Source: Acidobacteriota bacterium (GTDB lineage: Bacteria > Acidobacteriota > Vicinamibacteria > Vicinamibacterales > CAVVIG01). From it: a DNA stretch of 64,000 bases. The DNA lies in assembly GCA_003222395.1 (NCBI GenBank), contig QHWB01000034.1, positions 67,460-131,459 on the forward strand. Reading direction: 5' to 3'. This document shows positions 33,512 through 45,545 of the stretch, piece after piece. The translations under genes and the position numbers were made by a program. The notes beneath the pieces were generated by a model. It was not told where the DNA came from. It was given only the letters and a program-made list of their open reading frames with translations, and searched no databases. The first letter of the stretch is position 1; the number at the start of each line of letters is the position of its first letter.

Positions 33512-34057
33512 TTACCGCACCGGGGAGAGCAGGCGCTCGAGCTCGTCGAGCCGGCTGTTCAAGTCGGTCCAGCGCGCCTGCTCGGCGGCCAACGCCTGCG
33601 CCGCCTCGTTCTCACGGATCTGCAGCTGCTGCTGCTCCGTGGCGAACTGACGCATCTGGAGCTGCGAGTTGCGAAGTCCGGCTTCCATCTCGCGGCGACG
33701 CGCCGGGTCGGTCTCGATCTGGATTTGCCGCTCGGCGTCGGCTATCTCCGCCGCCGTTCGCTGCACTGCCGCCTCGTGGCCTGCGAGCTGCGACCGCACG
33801 CTGGTCAGGTCGGAAGACAGATGCGAGACGCGCTGCTCCTCGATCGTCAATCTGGCGAGCGTCAGCTGCAAGCGCGGACCGACCGTCGCCTGCTGCTCCA
33901 TCGTCACGCGAAGCGCATGCACCTCCGCCAGCAGCGCAGCCAGCGGATCGCCCGCGCCGGGCGCCTGCGCCGACGCGCCGAGGGTCATCGACCCCGTGAT
34001 GGCGAGGATGCTGGCGATGATGACTACGTGAAGGACTCGCCCTGCCTGCGCGCGCAT
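33512..34057 (-). CDS. secreted coiled-coil protein, unknown function
   Basis: Signal-anchor N-terminus and Gln/Glu/Arg-rich heptad-like sequence. Sits inside the conserved translation gene cluster. Confidence 0.55.
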   Translation of the reverse strand: MRAQAGRVLHVVIIASILAITGSMTLGASAQAPGAGDPLAALLAEVHALRVTMEQQATVGPRLQLTLARLTIEEQRVSHLSSDLTSVRSQLAGHEAAVQRTAAEIADAERQIQIETDPARRREMEAGLRNSQLQMRQFATEQQQLQIRENEAAQALAAEQARWTDLNSRLDELERLLSPVR

Positions 34058-34073
34058 GTCACACCTCGCTTCG

Positions 34074-35072
34074 TCAATGCTCGAAACCCGCCATCCTGCC
34101 GTTCTGCGACTCGATGGCCCGTTCGATCTTCTCGATGAACATTTTCTGCAGCGCGTCGATGCCGCCCCGCACCGTGCAGCCTGCGGCGTTCTTGTGCCCG
34201 CCGCCGTTGAATTCCTTCGCGACCGCGCCGATGTCGACCTCGCCCTTCGATCGCATGCTCACGCGGTACTCCTCGCCCTCGGACTGCTTGAAGAAGACGA
34301 CGGCCTGGATCTCCTTCACGGTGAGGGGAAGATTGATGAGCCCTTCGGTGTCCTCATACGTGCCGCCGGCGGCGCGCGCCATCTCGTGATCGAGATACAC
34401 GATCGCGATCCGCCCCGTGACGTCGAGCTGCATCGCGCTCAGCACGGTGCCAAACAGCTTCAGCCGTCCCATGTTGTTGCTGTCGTACACGTTCCGCGCG
34501 ACGAGCAGCGGATCGACGCCCGCCTCGAGGCACTCACGGCAAATGTCGAACGTCCGCGGCGAAATATTCGAGTAATGAAACGATCCCGTGTCGGTGAGAA
34601 TCGCCAGGTAGACGTGGGTGGCGATCACCGGGGTGAGCGGAACGCCGAGCGCGCGGACCAGCTCGAATACCATCTCGCCGCACGCGGCCGCGCTCGCGTC
34701 GAACCAGTTCAGCGACCCGTACGCCGTGTTTCCCGGGTGGTGATCGATGTTGATCACCGGGAAGCGATCGAGGCCGCTGACCCCGGTGCGCGCGAGGTCG
34801 CCGCACTCCATGATGATCGCGGCGTCGAAGTCGTCCTCGACGGCCGGCGCGATGCGGATCTCCGGCACGCCGGGGAACTGCATCAGCGGTCCGGGCGCCG
34901 GATCGGCGTTGACGACGTCGAAGGCTTTGCCCATCTCGCGGAGCGCGTAGCCCATGGCGAGCTGCGATCCGATGGAATCGCCATCGGGACGGGCGTGCGA
35001 CGAAAGGACGAAGCGCTGCCGTGAGCGGATCGCGTCGACGATGCGCTGAAGATCAGGATTTACTGCCATCAT
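34074..35072 (-). CDS. DHH/DHHA1 phosphoesterase (NrnA-like oligoribonuclease/pAp phosphatase)
   Basis: DGDSIGS, DHHPGN and GGGHKNAAG motifs. Confidence 0.88.
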   Translation of the reverse strand: MMAVNPDLQRIVDAIRSRQRFVLSSHARPDGDSIGSQLAMGYALREMGKAFDVVNADPAPGPLMQFPGVPEIRIAPAVEDDFDAAIIMECGDLARTGVSGLDRFPVINIDHHPGNTAYGSLNWFDASAAACGEMVFELVRALGVPLTPVIATHVYLAILTDTGSFHYSNISPRTFDICRECLEAGVDPLLVARNVYDSNNMGRLKLFGTVLSAMQLDVTGRIAIVYLDHEMARAAGGTYEDTEGLINLPLTVKEIQAVVFFKQSEGEEYRVSMRSKGEVDIGAVAKEFNGGGHKNAAGCTVRGGIDALQKMFIEKIERAIESQNGRMAGFEH

Positions 35073-35442
35073 CGGTCGGCGTCTGGCCGGCGTGCAGCTC
35101 GTTGAGGAGCTGTTCGATGCGATCCTGGCCGGCGATCGATTCGTCGTAGATGAACTTCAGATCCGGTACGCGCCGCAGCCGCAGGCGCGATCCGATCTGA
35201 CGGCGCAGGAAGGGCGCGGCGCGCTCGAGCGCGCGCCCCGAGGTCTTTTGCGTTGTCGCTTCGGCGCCGGTCGGGCCGAGCGCGGTATAAAACACACGCG
35301 CGTGCTGCAGGTCGGGGGTCACCTCGACGCGAGTGATCGTCACGAACCCGATGCCGGGGTCGTGCACCTCGCGCGCGAGCAGGTTCCCCAGCTCGCCGCG
35401 AATCTGATCGGCGACGCGATCGGGACGCGATCCTTGTGACAT
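35053..35442 (-). CDS. rbfA: ribosome-binding factor A
   Basis: 129 aa. RVADQIRGELGNLL..ITRVEVTPDLQHARVFY. Confidence 0.9.
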   Translation of the reverse strand: MSQGSRPDRVADQIRGELGNLLAREVHDPGIGFVTITRVEVTPDLQHARVFYTALGPTGAEATTQKTSGRALERAAPFLRRQIGSRLRLRRVPDLKFIYDESIAGQDRIEQLLNELHAGQTPTDDGSKS

Positions 35443-35453
35443 CAGTAATGCAA

Positions 35454-35530
35454 GTTACAATTGAGAATTTACAATTTACAAGGTCAGGCGAACTTGGACT
35501 CTCTTTTGTAAATTGCAAATTGTCAATTAT
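35454..35530. repeat. family-B hairpin with heptamer-periodic arms (DUF503 / rbfA junction)
   Basis: Left arm GTTACAA|TTGAGAA|TTTACAA|TTTACAA. Right arm TTTTGTA|AATTGCA|AATTGTC|AATTATC. The arms are largely complementary around a ~24-nt loop. Confidence 0.8.
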
Positions 35531-35811
35531 CAAGTGAGGAACTCGACCTCGGTGCGCGTGATGAGCCCGGGCTCGACGCGCTCGATCTCTTCGGCGACGG
35601 CCGCCAGCTCGCGATCCGCGTGCGGCTCGTCAGTGCTCACCGTCACGACCGCGAGGCCGGCCCGCTGCCAGAGATCCTGGTGTTCGACCTCCGAGACTGC
35701 GACGTTGAACTTCTTCAGGCGGTCCTTGATCCGCCGCAGCACCATCCGCTTGTCCTTCAGTGACTGGCTGCCAGACACGTGAATCTCGACGGTCAACAGG
35801 CCGACGACCAT
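35530..35811 (-). CDS. DUF503 (YlxP-like) protein
   Basis: Start moved to ATG 35811 (MVVGLLTVEIHVSGSQSLKDKR). The upstream part of the track ORF is translated repeat sequence. Confidence 0.8.
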   Translation of the reverse strand: MVVGLLTVEIHVSGSQSLKDKRMVLRRIKDRLKKFNVAVSEVEHQDLWQRAGLAVVTVSTDEPHADRELAAVAEEIERVEPGLITRTEVEFLT

Positions 35812-35820
35812 TGTCTTATT

Positions 35821-35972
35821 CGCGGCGGAGCCCCACCCCCGCCGCGCTGGCGCGCTCGTGACTTTTCCTCTGCTCGCGGGGCCCCACCCCCGCTCGCCCT
35901 CGCTCGCGCATTCGCGCTCGCTCCAGCCGCAGGCGCTCCCCTCGCGCATATCCAGAACAGAACGTCACCACG
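35821..35972 (-). repeat. family-A element (full copy + second core) between infB and DUF503
   Basis: The reverse complement reads GGTGACGTTCTGTTCTGGATATGCGCGAGGGGAGCGCCTGCGGCTGGAGCGAGCG..GGGCGAGCGGGGGTGGGGCCCCGCGAGCAGAGGAAAAG..GGCGGGGGTGGGGCTCCGCCGCGAATAAGACAATG. Confidence 0.85.
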
Positions 35973-36014
35973 TTATCAAGATCGGACTGTCTTCGTGGTT
36001 CGTGTCTTCGTGGC

Positions 36015-38885
36015 CTACGCCGTGATGGCGACACGCTCCATCACGAATACTTCGATCACGTCGCCCACCTTGATGTCATTGAAGCGCTCGAAGCCGATAC
36101 CGCACTCGAAGCCGGCCTTCACCTCGCCCACGTCGTCCTTGAAGCGCCGCAGCGAGCCGATCTTCCCCTCGTAGACGACCACGTTGTCGCGCAGCAGGCG
36201 CGCCTGCGTGTCGCCCGCGCGCGTGATGCGTCCCTCGGTGACCATGCAGCCAGCGATCGTGCCGTACTTCGGCACCTTGAAGGTATCTCGCACTTCGGCG
36301 ATGCCGATTCGCGTCTCTTTGAAGGTCGGCTCGAGCAGCCCGGTCATCGCCTTCTTCATCTCGTCGGTGACGTTGTAGATGACCGAATGCTGCCGGATCT
36401 CGACGCGCTCGCGTGCGGCGATGTCTTCGGCGTTTCGGTCGGGCCGCACGTTGAACGCGATGATGATGGCGTTGGATGCCGACGCCAGCAGCACGTCCGA
36501 CTCGTTCACAGCGCCGACGCCGGAATGGATGATCCGGATCTTCACCTTCTCGTCCGACAGCTTCGTCAGCGTGTCGGCGAGCACTTCGGCCGAGCCCTGC
36601 ACGTCGGCCTTGATGATGATCGGCAGCTCCTTCATGCCGCCTTCGGCGATCTGCGCCTGCAACGATTCGAGGGTGAGCCGTGCCCCTTTCGCGCCGAGCG
36701 CGCGCGTCTTCGCCTGCTCCTCGCGGAACGCGGCGATCTGGCGCGCCTTCGCCGCGTCGGCGACCTGGAAGACGTCGCCGGGCTGCGGCAGACCGGTGAG
36801 GCCGAGTACTTCGACCGGCGACGCCGGCCCGGCCGCTTTCGTCGGACGGCCGCGATCGTCGATGAGCGCGCGGACGCGGCCGACGATCGGTCCGGCGATG
36901 AACGTGTCGCCGACGCTGAGCGTGCCGTCCTGAACGAGCACCGTCGCCACCGGACCGCGTCCCTTGTCCAGCTTCGATTCGAGGACCGTCCCGGTCGCAC
37001 TGCGCTTCGGGTTCGCCTTGAGCTCGAGGATGTCGCTGACGAGGAGCACCATCTCGAGGAGCAGCTCGATGTTCTGCTTCTTCTTCGCGGACACTTCAAC
37101 GGTGACCGTCTGCCCGCCCCATTCCTCGGGCATCAGGTTCAGCTCGGTCAGCTCGCGCTTGACGCGCTCCGGGTTCGCGTTCGGCTTGTCGATCTTGTTG
37201 ATGGCGACGATGATCGGCACGTTCGCGGCGCGCGCATGATCGATCGCTTCTCTGGTCTGCGGCATCACGCCGTCATCGGCCGCCACCACTAGAATGACGA
37301 CGTCCGTGACCTTCGCGCCGCGGGCGCGCATGAGCGTGAATGCCTCGTGGCCCGGCGTGTCGAGAAACACGATGTTGCGCCCGTTGATCGTGACCTGATA
37401 CGCGCCGATGTGCTGCGTGATGCCGCCGGCCTCGCGCTCGGCGACGCGCGTCTCGCGGATCGCATCGAGCAGGCTCGTCTTGCCGTGGTCGACGTGTCCC
37501 ATTACGGTGACGACCGGCGCGCGCGTCCTCTTGTCTTCGTCGCGCGCTTCGCCCGTATCCACGAGCAGCTCTTCTTCGAAGCTGCGCATCTGGACTTCAG
37601 CGCCGAACTCCCGTGCGACCATCGTGGCCGTCTCGGTGTCGAGCGTGTTGTTGATGGTGACGCGGAGACCTTTCATCAACAGCTTCGCGAGCACGTCCTT
37701 CACGCGGACTTCGAGTTTGTCTGCGAGATCGCGCACGGTCATACCTTCGGCGAGCGTGATCGTGCGGCTGACCGGTGGCGGCGTCGCCGGCATGGGCGGC
37801 GGCGCGGGACGCGAAGTCTGCTCGCGGCGCTGCCCGGCGGCCGGCCGGCCCTGGCCGCCAGGCCGTGGACCCTGATAAGCCGGACGCTGCGGCATACCGG
37901 GCCGCTGCGGGTACGGTTGTCCGGGTCGCGGCGCCATGCCCGGCTGCTGCGTGCGCACCGGCTGCGACGGCAGCGGACGCGGGCCGCCAACCGGCATTTG
38001 CGGCGGACGCGGAATTGGCGGACGCGCCGTTGGCGACATTCCGGCGGCGGGACGCGCGGCGTGCGACGCCGCCGCACGCGGCGTCGCGGTTCCGGTCTGT
38101 CCGGCCGCCCCTCCGGCCACCGGACGGGCGGCCGTCGGAATCGCCGGCCGCTCCGGTGCCTTCGGCCGCGGGACGACACGCGGCGCCGGCGTGGTCGGTA
38201 GCGGCGGTGTCGGTGTATCGGGACGTCGTTCTTCGATGCGCAGTCTCAGAGTCGGCGGTACGACGCGGCCGGCCGTCGGCGCCTTCGCCGGTGTGCTCGC
38301 GGCGGGCGCCGGCGCTGCGGCCAAGGGTGGTTCCGCCGGTTCCGCGACGGCGATCGGCGTTTCCGCAACGGCAGCCGGTTTGTGATCGTCTTTCCACGGC
38401 TTCTGCGCTGCAACCGGTTCGATCTTCGGCGGCATCGCGACGACCGCTGCGCGATGGACGTCGGCGACAGGCGACTCGGGCGCGACGACTGGCTCGTGTA
38501 CGGGCGCGGGCTGCGGTGCAACAGCGATCGCCGCCGGCGCAGCTTCGGCGACAGCCGCCGGCGGCGGCGCCACGGGTTTGACCGTCTTGACGAGTCGGGG
38601 CGGCGGCAGCACCGGCGCCGCGGGCTTCGGCGGTTCCGCCGGCTTCTTCGACGGCGCCGGCTTCTTGCCTTTCACGACGGGCGTCTCGGCGAAGATGTCG
38701 CCGCCCGGCAGCGTGATGCCGCGCTGCTTCGCGAGGCGCTCGACGAACTGACGGGCGACGACTTCTTCAATCGTGCTCGAGGCGCTCTTCACCTCGATGC
38801 CGTGATCGCGCTTGAGCAGCGCCGTTACTTCCTGGCTCGTCGTCCCGAGCAGCTCCGCGACTTTGTAGATCCGGACAGTTGCCAA
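36015..38885 (-). CDS. infB: translation initiation factor IF-2
   Basis: 956 aa. Pro/Ala-rich N-region and GTPase domain ([29 protein letters not shown]). Confidence 0.95.
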   Translation of the reverse strand: MATVRIYKVAELLGTTSQEVTALLKRDHGIEVKSASSTIEEVVARQFVERLAKQRGITLPGGDIFAETPVVKGKKPAPSKKPAEPPKPAAPVLPPPRLVKTVKPVAPPPAAVAEAAPAAIAVAPQPAPVHEPVVAPESPVADVHRAAVVAMPPKIEPVAAQKPWKDDHKPAAVAETPIAVAEPAEPPLAAAPAPAASTPAKAPTAGRVVPPTLRLRIEERRPDTPTPPLPTTPAPRVVPRPKAPERPAIPTAARPVAGGAAGQTGTATPRAAASHAARPAAGMSPTARPPIPRPPQMPVGGPRPLPSQPVRTQQPGMAPRPGQPYPQRPGMPQRPAYQGPRPGGQGRPAAGQRREQTSRPAPPPMPATPPPVSRTITLAEGMTVRDLADKLEVRVKDVLAKLLMKGLRVTINNTLDTETATMVAREFGAEVQMRSFEEELLVDTGEARDEDKRTRAPVVTVMGHVDHGKTSLLDAIRETRVAEREAGGITQHIGAYQVTINGRNIVFLDTPGHEAFTLMRARGAKVTDVVILVVAADDGVMPQTREAIDHARAANVPIIVAINKIDKPNANPERVKRELTELNLMPEEWGGQTVTVEVSAKKKQNIELLLEMVLLVSDILELKANPKRSATGTVLESKLDKGRGPVATVLVQDGTLSVGDTFIAGPIVGRVRALIDDRGRPTKAAGPASPVEVLGLTGLPQPGDVFQVADAAKARQIAAFREEQAKTRALGAKGARLTLESLQAQIAEGGMKELPIIIKADVQGSAEVLADTLTKLSDEKVKIRIIHSGVGAVNESDVLLASASNAIIIAFNVRPDRNAEDIAARERVEIRQHSVIYNVTDEMKKAMTGLLEPTFKETRIGIAEVRDTFKVPKYGTIAGCMVTEGRITRAGDTQARLLRDNVVVYEGKIGSLRRFKDDVGEVKAGFECGIGFERFNDIKVGDVIEVFVMERVAITA

Positions 38886-38888
38886 CGA

Positions 38889-40328
<1,440 letters not shown>

Positions 40329-40335
40329 GTTGCCT

Positions 40336-40821
40336 TCAGAACTCCACTTCGAGATGTGCGCGCGTAATCACGCCGATCGGCACGCGGTGCCGGCGCCCGT
40401 CGTCGGCGTCAATCAGCACCTCGCCCCCGTCGATGCCGCCGAGCGTGCCCTTGAAGAACGACTGACCGTCCACGGCCTGGCGCATGACCAGCTTCGCGCG
40501 GCGGCCGGCGAACCGTGCGTAGTCGGCCGCGCCGCGCAGCGGTCTGTCGAGGCCCGGCGATGAAACCTCCAGCACGTAAGCGGTCGGCACGACGTCCTCG
40601 ACGTCGAGGATGGCGCTCAAATCGCGGCTGACGTGCGCGCAGTCTTCCACGCTCACGCTCTCTTCCGCGCTTGCCGCCGACCCCGGCCGATCGAGCCGCA
40701 CGCGGAGCACCATACCGCTGCCTTCGCGCCGGAACTGGACGTCGAAGATCTCCAGGCCGTAGCCGGCCGCGACACGCGCCGCCATGCTGCGGACCTGTTC
40801 GACAACGTCGCCAGCCCCCAT
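40336..40821 (-). CDS. rimP: ribosome maturation factor RimP
   Basis: 161 aa. The LEVSSPGLDRPL motif and its position upstream of nusA. Confidence 0.88.
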   Translation of the reverse strand: MGAGDVVEQVRSMAARVAAGYGLEIFDVQFRREGSGMVLRVRLDRPGSAASAEESVSVEDCAHVSRDLSAILDVEDVVPTAYVLEVSSPGLDRPLRGAADYARFAGRRAKLVMRQAVDGQSFFKGTLGGIDGGEVLIDADDGRRHRVPIGVITRAHLEVEF

Positions 40822-40825
40822 AAAC

Positions 40826-40849
40826 TAAAAAAGTGGGCACATGCCCACT
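40826..40849 (-). terminator. intrinsic terminator / attenuator between rimO and rimP
   Basis: The minus strand reads AGTGGGCATGTGCCCACT followed by TTTTTT. The T-tract ends 4 nt upstream of the rimP ATG. Confidence 0.65.
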
Positions 40850-40880
40850 CGGTCTTCCAACCTAGGCTCCGAACACTAAA

Positions 40881-42269
40881 TTATAGCACGGGGCGCGCGA
40901 TGAAGTCGTAGCCACGAGCGCCCACGAGCTCGACCTTGGCCAAATCACCGGGTGCGAGCGTCGACGGGTCGCATTCGGTGAGAAAGACCGACGCGTCGAT
41001 GTCGGGTGCCTGCGTCGCGAGCCGGGCCCGGAGCACGAGATCGTGGTCGCCCGACGGCCCGTCGACGATGACGCGCGTGCGCTCGCCGATGCGGGCGCGC
41101 TGCCTTGTGGTGACCAGGCGCTTCTGGAGGCTCATCACGCGATTCCGTCGGGCCGTCTTCTCCCGCGCCGGGACGTCATCGTCGAACCCGAACGCCGACG
41201 TTCCTTCCTCGTGCGAATAGGTGAAGACGCCGACGTGATCGAACGCGTGATCGCCGACGAAACCACATAACTCCTCGACGTCCGCGTCGGCTTCGCCCGG
41301 GAACCCGACGATGAACGTCGTGCGAAGCGCGACGCCGGCGACGCATTCGCGGATCCGCGTCAGCAGCGCGTCGTAGGTCTGCCGGGTCCCAGGCCGCTTC
41401 ATCCGCTTCAGAACGGCATTCGACGCGTGCTGCAGCGGCAGGTCGATGTACTTGCACACCTTCTCGCATTCGGCGATCGCGGCAAGCGTCTCATCGTCGA
41501 TCGTCGTCGGATAGAGGTAGAGCAGCCGGATCCATTCGAGCCCGTCGATCGCGTTGAGGCTGCGGAGCAGCCGGGCCAGCGCGCCGCGCTGGCCGAGATC
41601 GATGCCGTAGAAGGTCGTGTCCTGCGAGATGAGCAGCAGTTCTTTGACGCCGCGCGCCGCGAGCGCGCGCGCTTCGCGCACGATCGAGTCGGCCGGGCGG
41701 CTGCGGTACTTGCCGCGAAGCTTCGGGATGATGCAGAACGCGCACTTGTAATCACAACCTTCCGCAACTTTGATGTACGCGTAGTGCCTCGGCGTGGCGA
41801 GGAAGCGCGGTGTATCCGCATCGTAGAGATAGGTCGGAAGCAGTGGCTCCGCGTTGCGGACCGTCGGTTTGGTCTTGAAGAAGGTCGCGCCGAATGTTTC
41901 TGGTTGGGAACGCCCTTCAGGGCGTCCCACGCCGATCGCGTTCACGATTTCCGGAACCTCACCGGTGCCGAGCACCACGTCGATCTCGGGAATTTCTTTC
42001 TTCAGCTCCTCGCGATAGCGCTCGGCCATGCAGCCGGTGACGATGAGCTGTCTGCAGGCGCCGTCTTTCTTGTGCTGCGCCATCTCCAGAATCGCGTCGA
42101 TCGATTCCTGCTTCGCCTTGTCGATGAACGCGCAGGTGTTGACGACCAGGATGTCGGCCTGCGCCGCATCCTGCGTCAGCTCGTGCCCCGCCTGTTTCGC
42201 GAGACCAAGCATCACCTCGGAGTCGACGAGGTTCTTCGGACAGCCGAGGGAAATAAGGCCCAGTTTCAT
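40881..42269 (-). CDS. rimO: ribosomal protein S12 methylthiotransferase
   Basis: N-terminal LISLGCPKNLVDSE, radical-SAM CDYKCAFC, and a C-terminal TRAM-like region. Confidence 0.9.
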   Translation of the reverse strand: MKLGLISLGCPKNLVDSEVMLGLAKQAGHELTQDAAQADILVVNTCAFIDKAKQESIDAILEMAQHKKDGACRQLIVTGCMAERYREELKKEIPEIDVVLGTGEVPEIVNAIGVGRPEGRSQPETFGATFFKTKPTVRNAEPLLPTYLYDADTPRFLATPRHYAYIKVAEGCDYKCAFCIIPKLRGKYRSRPADSIVREARALAARGVKELLLISQDTTFYGIDLGQRGALARLLRSLNAIDGLEWIRLLYLYPTTIDDETLAAIAECEKVCKYIDLPLQHASNAVLKRMKRPGTRQTYDALLTRIRECVAGVALRTTFIVGFPGEADADVEELCGFVGDHAFDHVGVFTYSHEEGTSAFGFDDDVPAREKTARRNRVMSLQKRLVTTRQRARIGERTRVIVDGPSGDHDLVLRARLATQAPDIDASVFLTECDPSTLAPGDLAKVELVGARGYDFIARPVL

Positions 42270-42282
42270 ATGTTGAACAACT

Positions 42283-42299
42283 CTCCACCACGGGTGGAG
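42283..42299 (-). terminator. short hairpin after the asnS stop
   Basis: CTCCACC-acg-GGTGGAG is a perfect 7-bp stem. No U-tract. Confidence 0.35.
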
Positions 42300-42309
42300 A
42301 TGTTATGCC

Positions 42310-43602
42310 TCACGGATACAACCTATACAGCATGCGCGGATACGGAATCGCCTCCCGCAAATGATCGAGCTTGCAAATCCACGAGACGACGCGTTCGATG
42401 CCCATTCCGAAGCCGCCGTGAGGCACCGTGCCGTATCGACGTAGATCGAGATACCACTCGAACGCTTCCTGCGGCAGATCGTGTTCCTTGATCCGCTTCA
42501 GCAGCAGATCGAGATCGGCCAGACGCTCGCCGCCGCCGATGATCTCGCCGTATCCCTCGGGCGCAAGCACGTCGACGCCGAGCGCGAGCTCGGGCCGATC
42601 GGGATCCGGCTTCATGTAAAATGCTTTCACCGCGGCAGGGTAGCGGTGAACCATCACGGGGCGGTCGTATTGCTCCGACAGCGTCGTTTCGTCGGGCCCG
42701 CCGAAGTCGCCGCCCCACTCGATCGGCAGCCCTTTGGACTGCAGCGTCTTGACCGCGTCGTCGTACGAGATTCGCGGAAACGGCTTCTTCACCCGCTCGA
42801 GCGTCGACGTGTCGCGTTCGAGGACTTTCAGTTCAGGGCGCCGTTTGTCCACCACCCGCGCCACCACCTCGACGACCAGGTCTTCGGCGAGCTCCATCAC
42901 GTCGTCGAGAGACGCGTATGCCATCTCGGGCTCGACCATCCAGAATTCCGTCAGGTGCCGCCGGGTCTTCGACTTCTCCGCGCGGAACGTCGGCCCGAAG
43001 CAGTACACCCGGCCGAGCGCCATCGCGTTCGCTTCGTTGTACAGCTGACCGCTCTGTGTCAGATAGGCCGTCGTCTCCTCGAAGTACTGCGTCGGAAAGA
43101 GCGTCGTCGTCCCCTCGCACGCGGCGGGCGTGAAGATCGGCGTGTCGGCGAGGATGAATCCGCTCGAGTTGAAGAAGTCGCGAATCGCGTTGATCACCTC
43201 GTGGCGCACGCGCAGGATCGCCTGCTGCCGTTCTGTGCGGATCCACAGATGACGGCGGTCGAGCAGGAAATCGACGCCGTGCTCCTTGGGCGTAATCGGA
43301 TAGTCGTGTGATTGGCCGACGATCTCGAAGCCCTCGACATCGATCTCGTATCCGCTCGGCGCGCGCTTGTCGGCGCGGACCGTGCCCGTCACGATGATCG
43401 AGGTTTCCTGCGAGAGGTGATCCGCCTGCTTGAACAGCTCTTCGCCGACCGCGGCCTTCGACATCACTCCCTGGATGAAGCCGGTGCCGTCGCGCACGAT
43501 CAGAAAATGAATTTTTCCGCTCGAGCGGCGGTTGTGCAGCCATCCTTTGATGGTCACCTCCTGCCCCTCGTGCTTGCCGATATCCTCTATGTAGACGTGC
43601 AT
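42310..43602 (-). CDS. asnS: asparagine--tRNA ligase
   Basis: 430 aa class IIb aa[23 protein letters not shown] is AsnRS-like. Confidence 0.85.
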   Translation of the reverse strand: MHVYIEDIGKHEGQEVTIKGWLHNRRSSGKIHFLIVRDGTGFIQGVMSKAAVGEELFKQADHLSQETSIIVTGTVRADKRAPSGYEIDVEGFEIVGQSHDYPITPKEHGVDFLLDRRHLWIRTERQQAILRVRHEVINAIRDFFNSSGFILADTPIFTPAACEGTTTLFPTQYFEETTAYLTQSGQLYNEANAMALGRVYCFGPTFRAEKSKTRRHLTEFWMVEPEMAYASLDDVMELAEDLVVEVVARVVDKRRPELKVLERDTSTLERVKKPFPRISYDDAVKTLQSKGLPIEWGGDFGGPDETTLSEQYDRPVMVHRYPAAVKAFYMKPDPDRPELALGVDVLAPEGYGEIIGGGERLADLDLLLKRIKEHDLPQEAFEWYLDLRRYGTVPHGGFGMGIERVVSWICKLDHLREAIPYPRMLYRLYP

Positions 43603-43649
43603 AATCAGCTACAGCGTTCGGCTATCAGCTTTGGCCGGGAGCTGACAGC
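43603..43649. repeat. family-B-like hairpin (isomerase stop / asnS start)
   Basis: GCTATCAGCT ttggccggg AGCTGACAGC, 9 of 10 bp paired, preceded by the direct repeat AATCAGCTACAGC. The right arm overlaps the stop codon. Confidence 0.6.
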
Positions 43650-44365
43650 TATTCAGTGACCAACATGCGTTCCATTCGTTCGCGCACTTTGCGCGCCCGC
43701 TGAAGTGTTTCTTTCGCCGCGACCCGGCCGACGATGTCGAACACGAACGGCCCTTCGTAGCCGACCTTCTGCACCGCCGTCAGCGCCGACAGCCAGTCGA
43801 TTGCGCTGTCGACCGGCACGTGCGTCGTGATCAGATGCTCCGACACGGTCTCGATCGTGTCGACCAAATCGCCGCCTCGCTGCGCGTGCGCGAAATCGAG
43901 GCAGACGCCGGCAGCCACGTCGAGCGTCTCCACGAAATGGACGAGCGAGCCGGCGGGCGTCATCGAATCCGAGCTGGAATCGACGGCGATCCGAACGCCG
44001 AGCGGCGACGCAAATCCCGCCAGCCGCTCCACCTCGCGTGCCGCGCCGCGTGGTTTGCCCGCGTGAAGGACCAGCACGCGCATCGGCAGGCGCCGCGCCA
44101 TGAAGAGCGCCTGATCGGCGTCCTCAGGCGCCGTTCCGATCGGGACGTCCACGCCGTGCAGCTCGAGTCGCGCTTCCGCCAGCCACTGCTGCAGGTCGGC
44201 GACAACGGCCGGGTTGTGGAAGTCCACGTGCGTGCGATCGGCCACGACCTCGACCGTCTCGAATCCGTGCGCGGCGATCTCCGCCAGGTGCTCGCGGCTC
44301 AGGCGCTGATGCCGATAGAGACGCGTCGACACCCCGAACTGACGTTTTGCCACGGATCGAACCAT
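43649..44365 (-). CDS. sugar phosphate isomerase/epimerase (xylose isomerase-like TIM barrel)
   Basis: 238 aa. Family-typical N-terminus (FGVSTRLYRHQRLSREHLAEIAAHGFETVEV). Confidence 0.7.
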   Translation of the reverse strand: MVRSVAKRQFGVSTRLYRHQRLSREHLAEIAAHGFETVEVVADRTHVDFHNPAVVADLQQWLAEARLELHGVDVPIGTAPEDADQALFMARRLPMRVLVLHAGKPRGAAREVERLAGFASPLGVRIAVDSSSDSMTPAGSLVHFVETLDVAAGVCLDFAHAQRGGDLVDTIETVSEHLITTHVPVDSAIDWLSALTAVQKVGYEGPFVFDIVGRVAAKETLQRARKVRERMERMLVTE

Positions 44366-44393
44366 CCATTGTAACGTGGTCCGAACCCAAGCC

Positions 44394-45413
44394 TTACTTC
44401 AACTCATCGATGTGGGCGCCGAGGAGCTCGTTGAGCCGTGCGAAGCGTGCGTACTTCTGAAGATTGTCGCGCACGTAGCGGAGCGTTCGCGGAGTGTACT
44501 GGATGTAGACCGGATTCCGGCGCGTCATCGTCTGGAAACCGAACGTGCCCAGCGCCTTGAGATTGCGTTGCACGGCCATCAGGTCGAACCGGCGGCGGAA
44601 GTCTTCGTCGTCCGCGCGACGCTTGAGCGCGAGAAAGTACGCGATCAGCTCGTCGAGCTCGCGGTCGGTGACGTCAACGTACGAATCGCGCAGCAACGAC
44701 ACGAGATCGTATGTGTCAGGTCCCATCCGCGCATCCTGGAAATCGATGATGTAGAGGCTGCCGTCGTGCAGCATCAAGTTGCGGCTGTGATAGTCGCGAT
44801 GGCACAGCACACGCGGCTCGGAGGCGAGCTCCTGCACGATCGCCGCCCATTCGGCATCAAGCGCGTCGCGCTCGGCTGCGCCGAACGGCGACGCGCGATA
44901 GCCTTCGACGAAGTGCTTCGCGAAGAAATTCAGCTCCCATGTCAGCTTGTCGACGTCGAACGCAATCGTGTACGGGACGTAGCGATCGGACTGCAGCTCG
45001 GCGCCGCGCCGCTGCAGCTGCTCGATCAATGAAACGGCCTGACGATACAACGCCGCGTGCTCGGTTGCCGACGCCGCGCCAAGATGCGCCTGCAGCGTGA
45101 CGTCACCGAGATCCTGGAGCGCAAGGATGCCGAGCTCGTCGGAGTGGCCGAGCACGACCGGCACCGGCAGCGACATCTGCTGCAGCAGGTCGGCGACGTT
45201 GGCGAAAGGGAGTGCCGCGAACTCGATCGATCCGGCATGCAGCGCGAGCACGAACCCTGGGCCGCCGGACGGGATTATGCGGAAGTACCTGCGGTCCGAC
45301 GCATCGCCGGTCAGCGGAACGACGCGCGCGCGCTCATCCGCGAGACCGCTATCCCGGAGATAACGGGTGATCCGATCGCGCAGTTGCAGGCCGTCAGCCG
45401 TTCGCTGGTCCAT
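44394..45413 (-). CDS. aminoglycoside-phosphotransferase-fold kinase (sugar anomeric kinase-like)
   Basis: Start moved to ATG 45413 because the upstream part of the track ORF is repeat sequence. APH-fold motifs CHRDYHSRNLM and IIDFQDARMGP. Confidence 0.75.
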   Translation of the reverse strand: MDQRTADGLQLRDRITRYLRDSGLADERARVVPLTGDASDRRYFRIIPSGGPGFVLALHAGSIEFAALPFANVADLLQQMSLPVPVVLGHSDELGILALQDLGDVTLQAHLGAASATEHAALYRQAVSLIEQLQRRGAELQSDRYVPYTIAFDVDKLTWELNFFAKHFVEGYRASPFGAAERDALDAEWAAIVQELASEPRVLCHRDYHSRNLMLHDGSLYIIDFQDARMGPDTYDLVSLLRDSYVDVTDRELDELIAYFLALKRRADDEDFRRRFDLMAVQRNLKALGTFGFQTMTRRNPVYIQYTPRTLRYVRDNLQKYARFARLNELLGAHIDELK

Positions 45414-45423
45414 TTCGTGCTTT

Positions 45424-45545
45424 GTGCGCGGGCGCCCCACCTGTTCACGGCGTCCGGGGCCCACCCCGGACGCTCTCGCTCGCGCGTTGCGCTCGCTCGG
45501 GCTCAAGGCTGCCGCGCACCTGTCGCTGCTCGCTCGCGGCGGCGG
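45424..45545 (-). repeat. family-A element (diverged) between the nucleotidyltransferase and kinase genes
   Basis: The reverse complement reads ..GAGCGAGCGCAACGCGCGAGCGAGAGCGTCCGGGGTGGGCCCCGGACGCC..GCACGAAATG. Confidence 0.7.
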
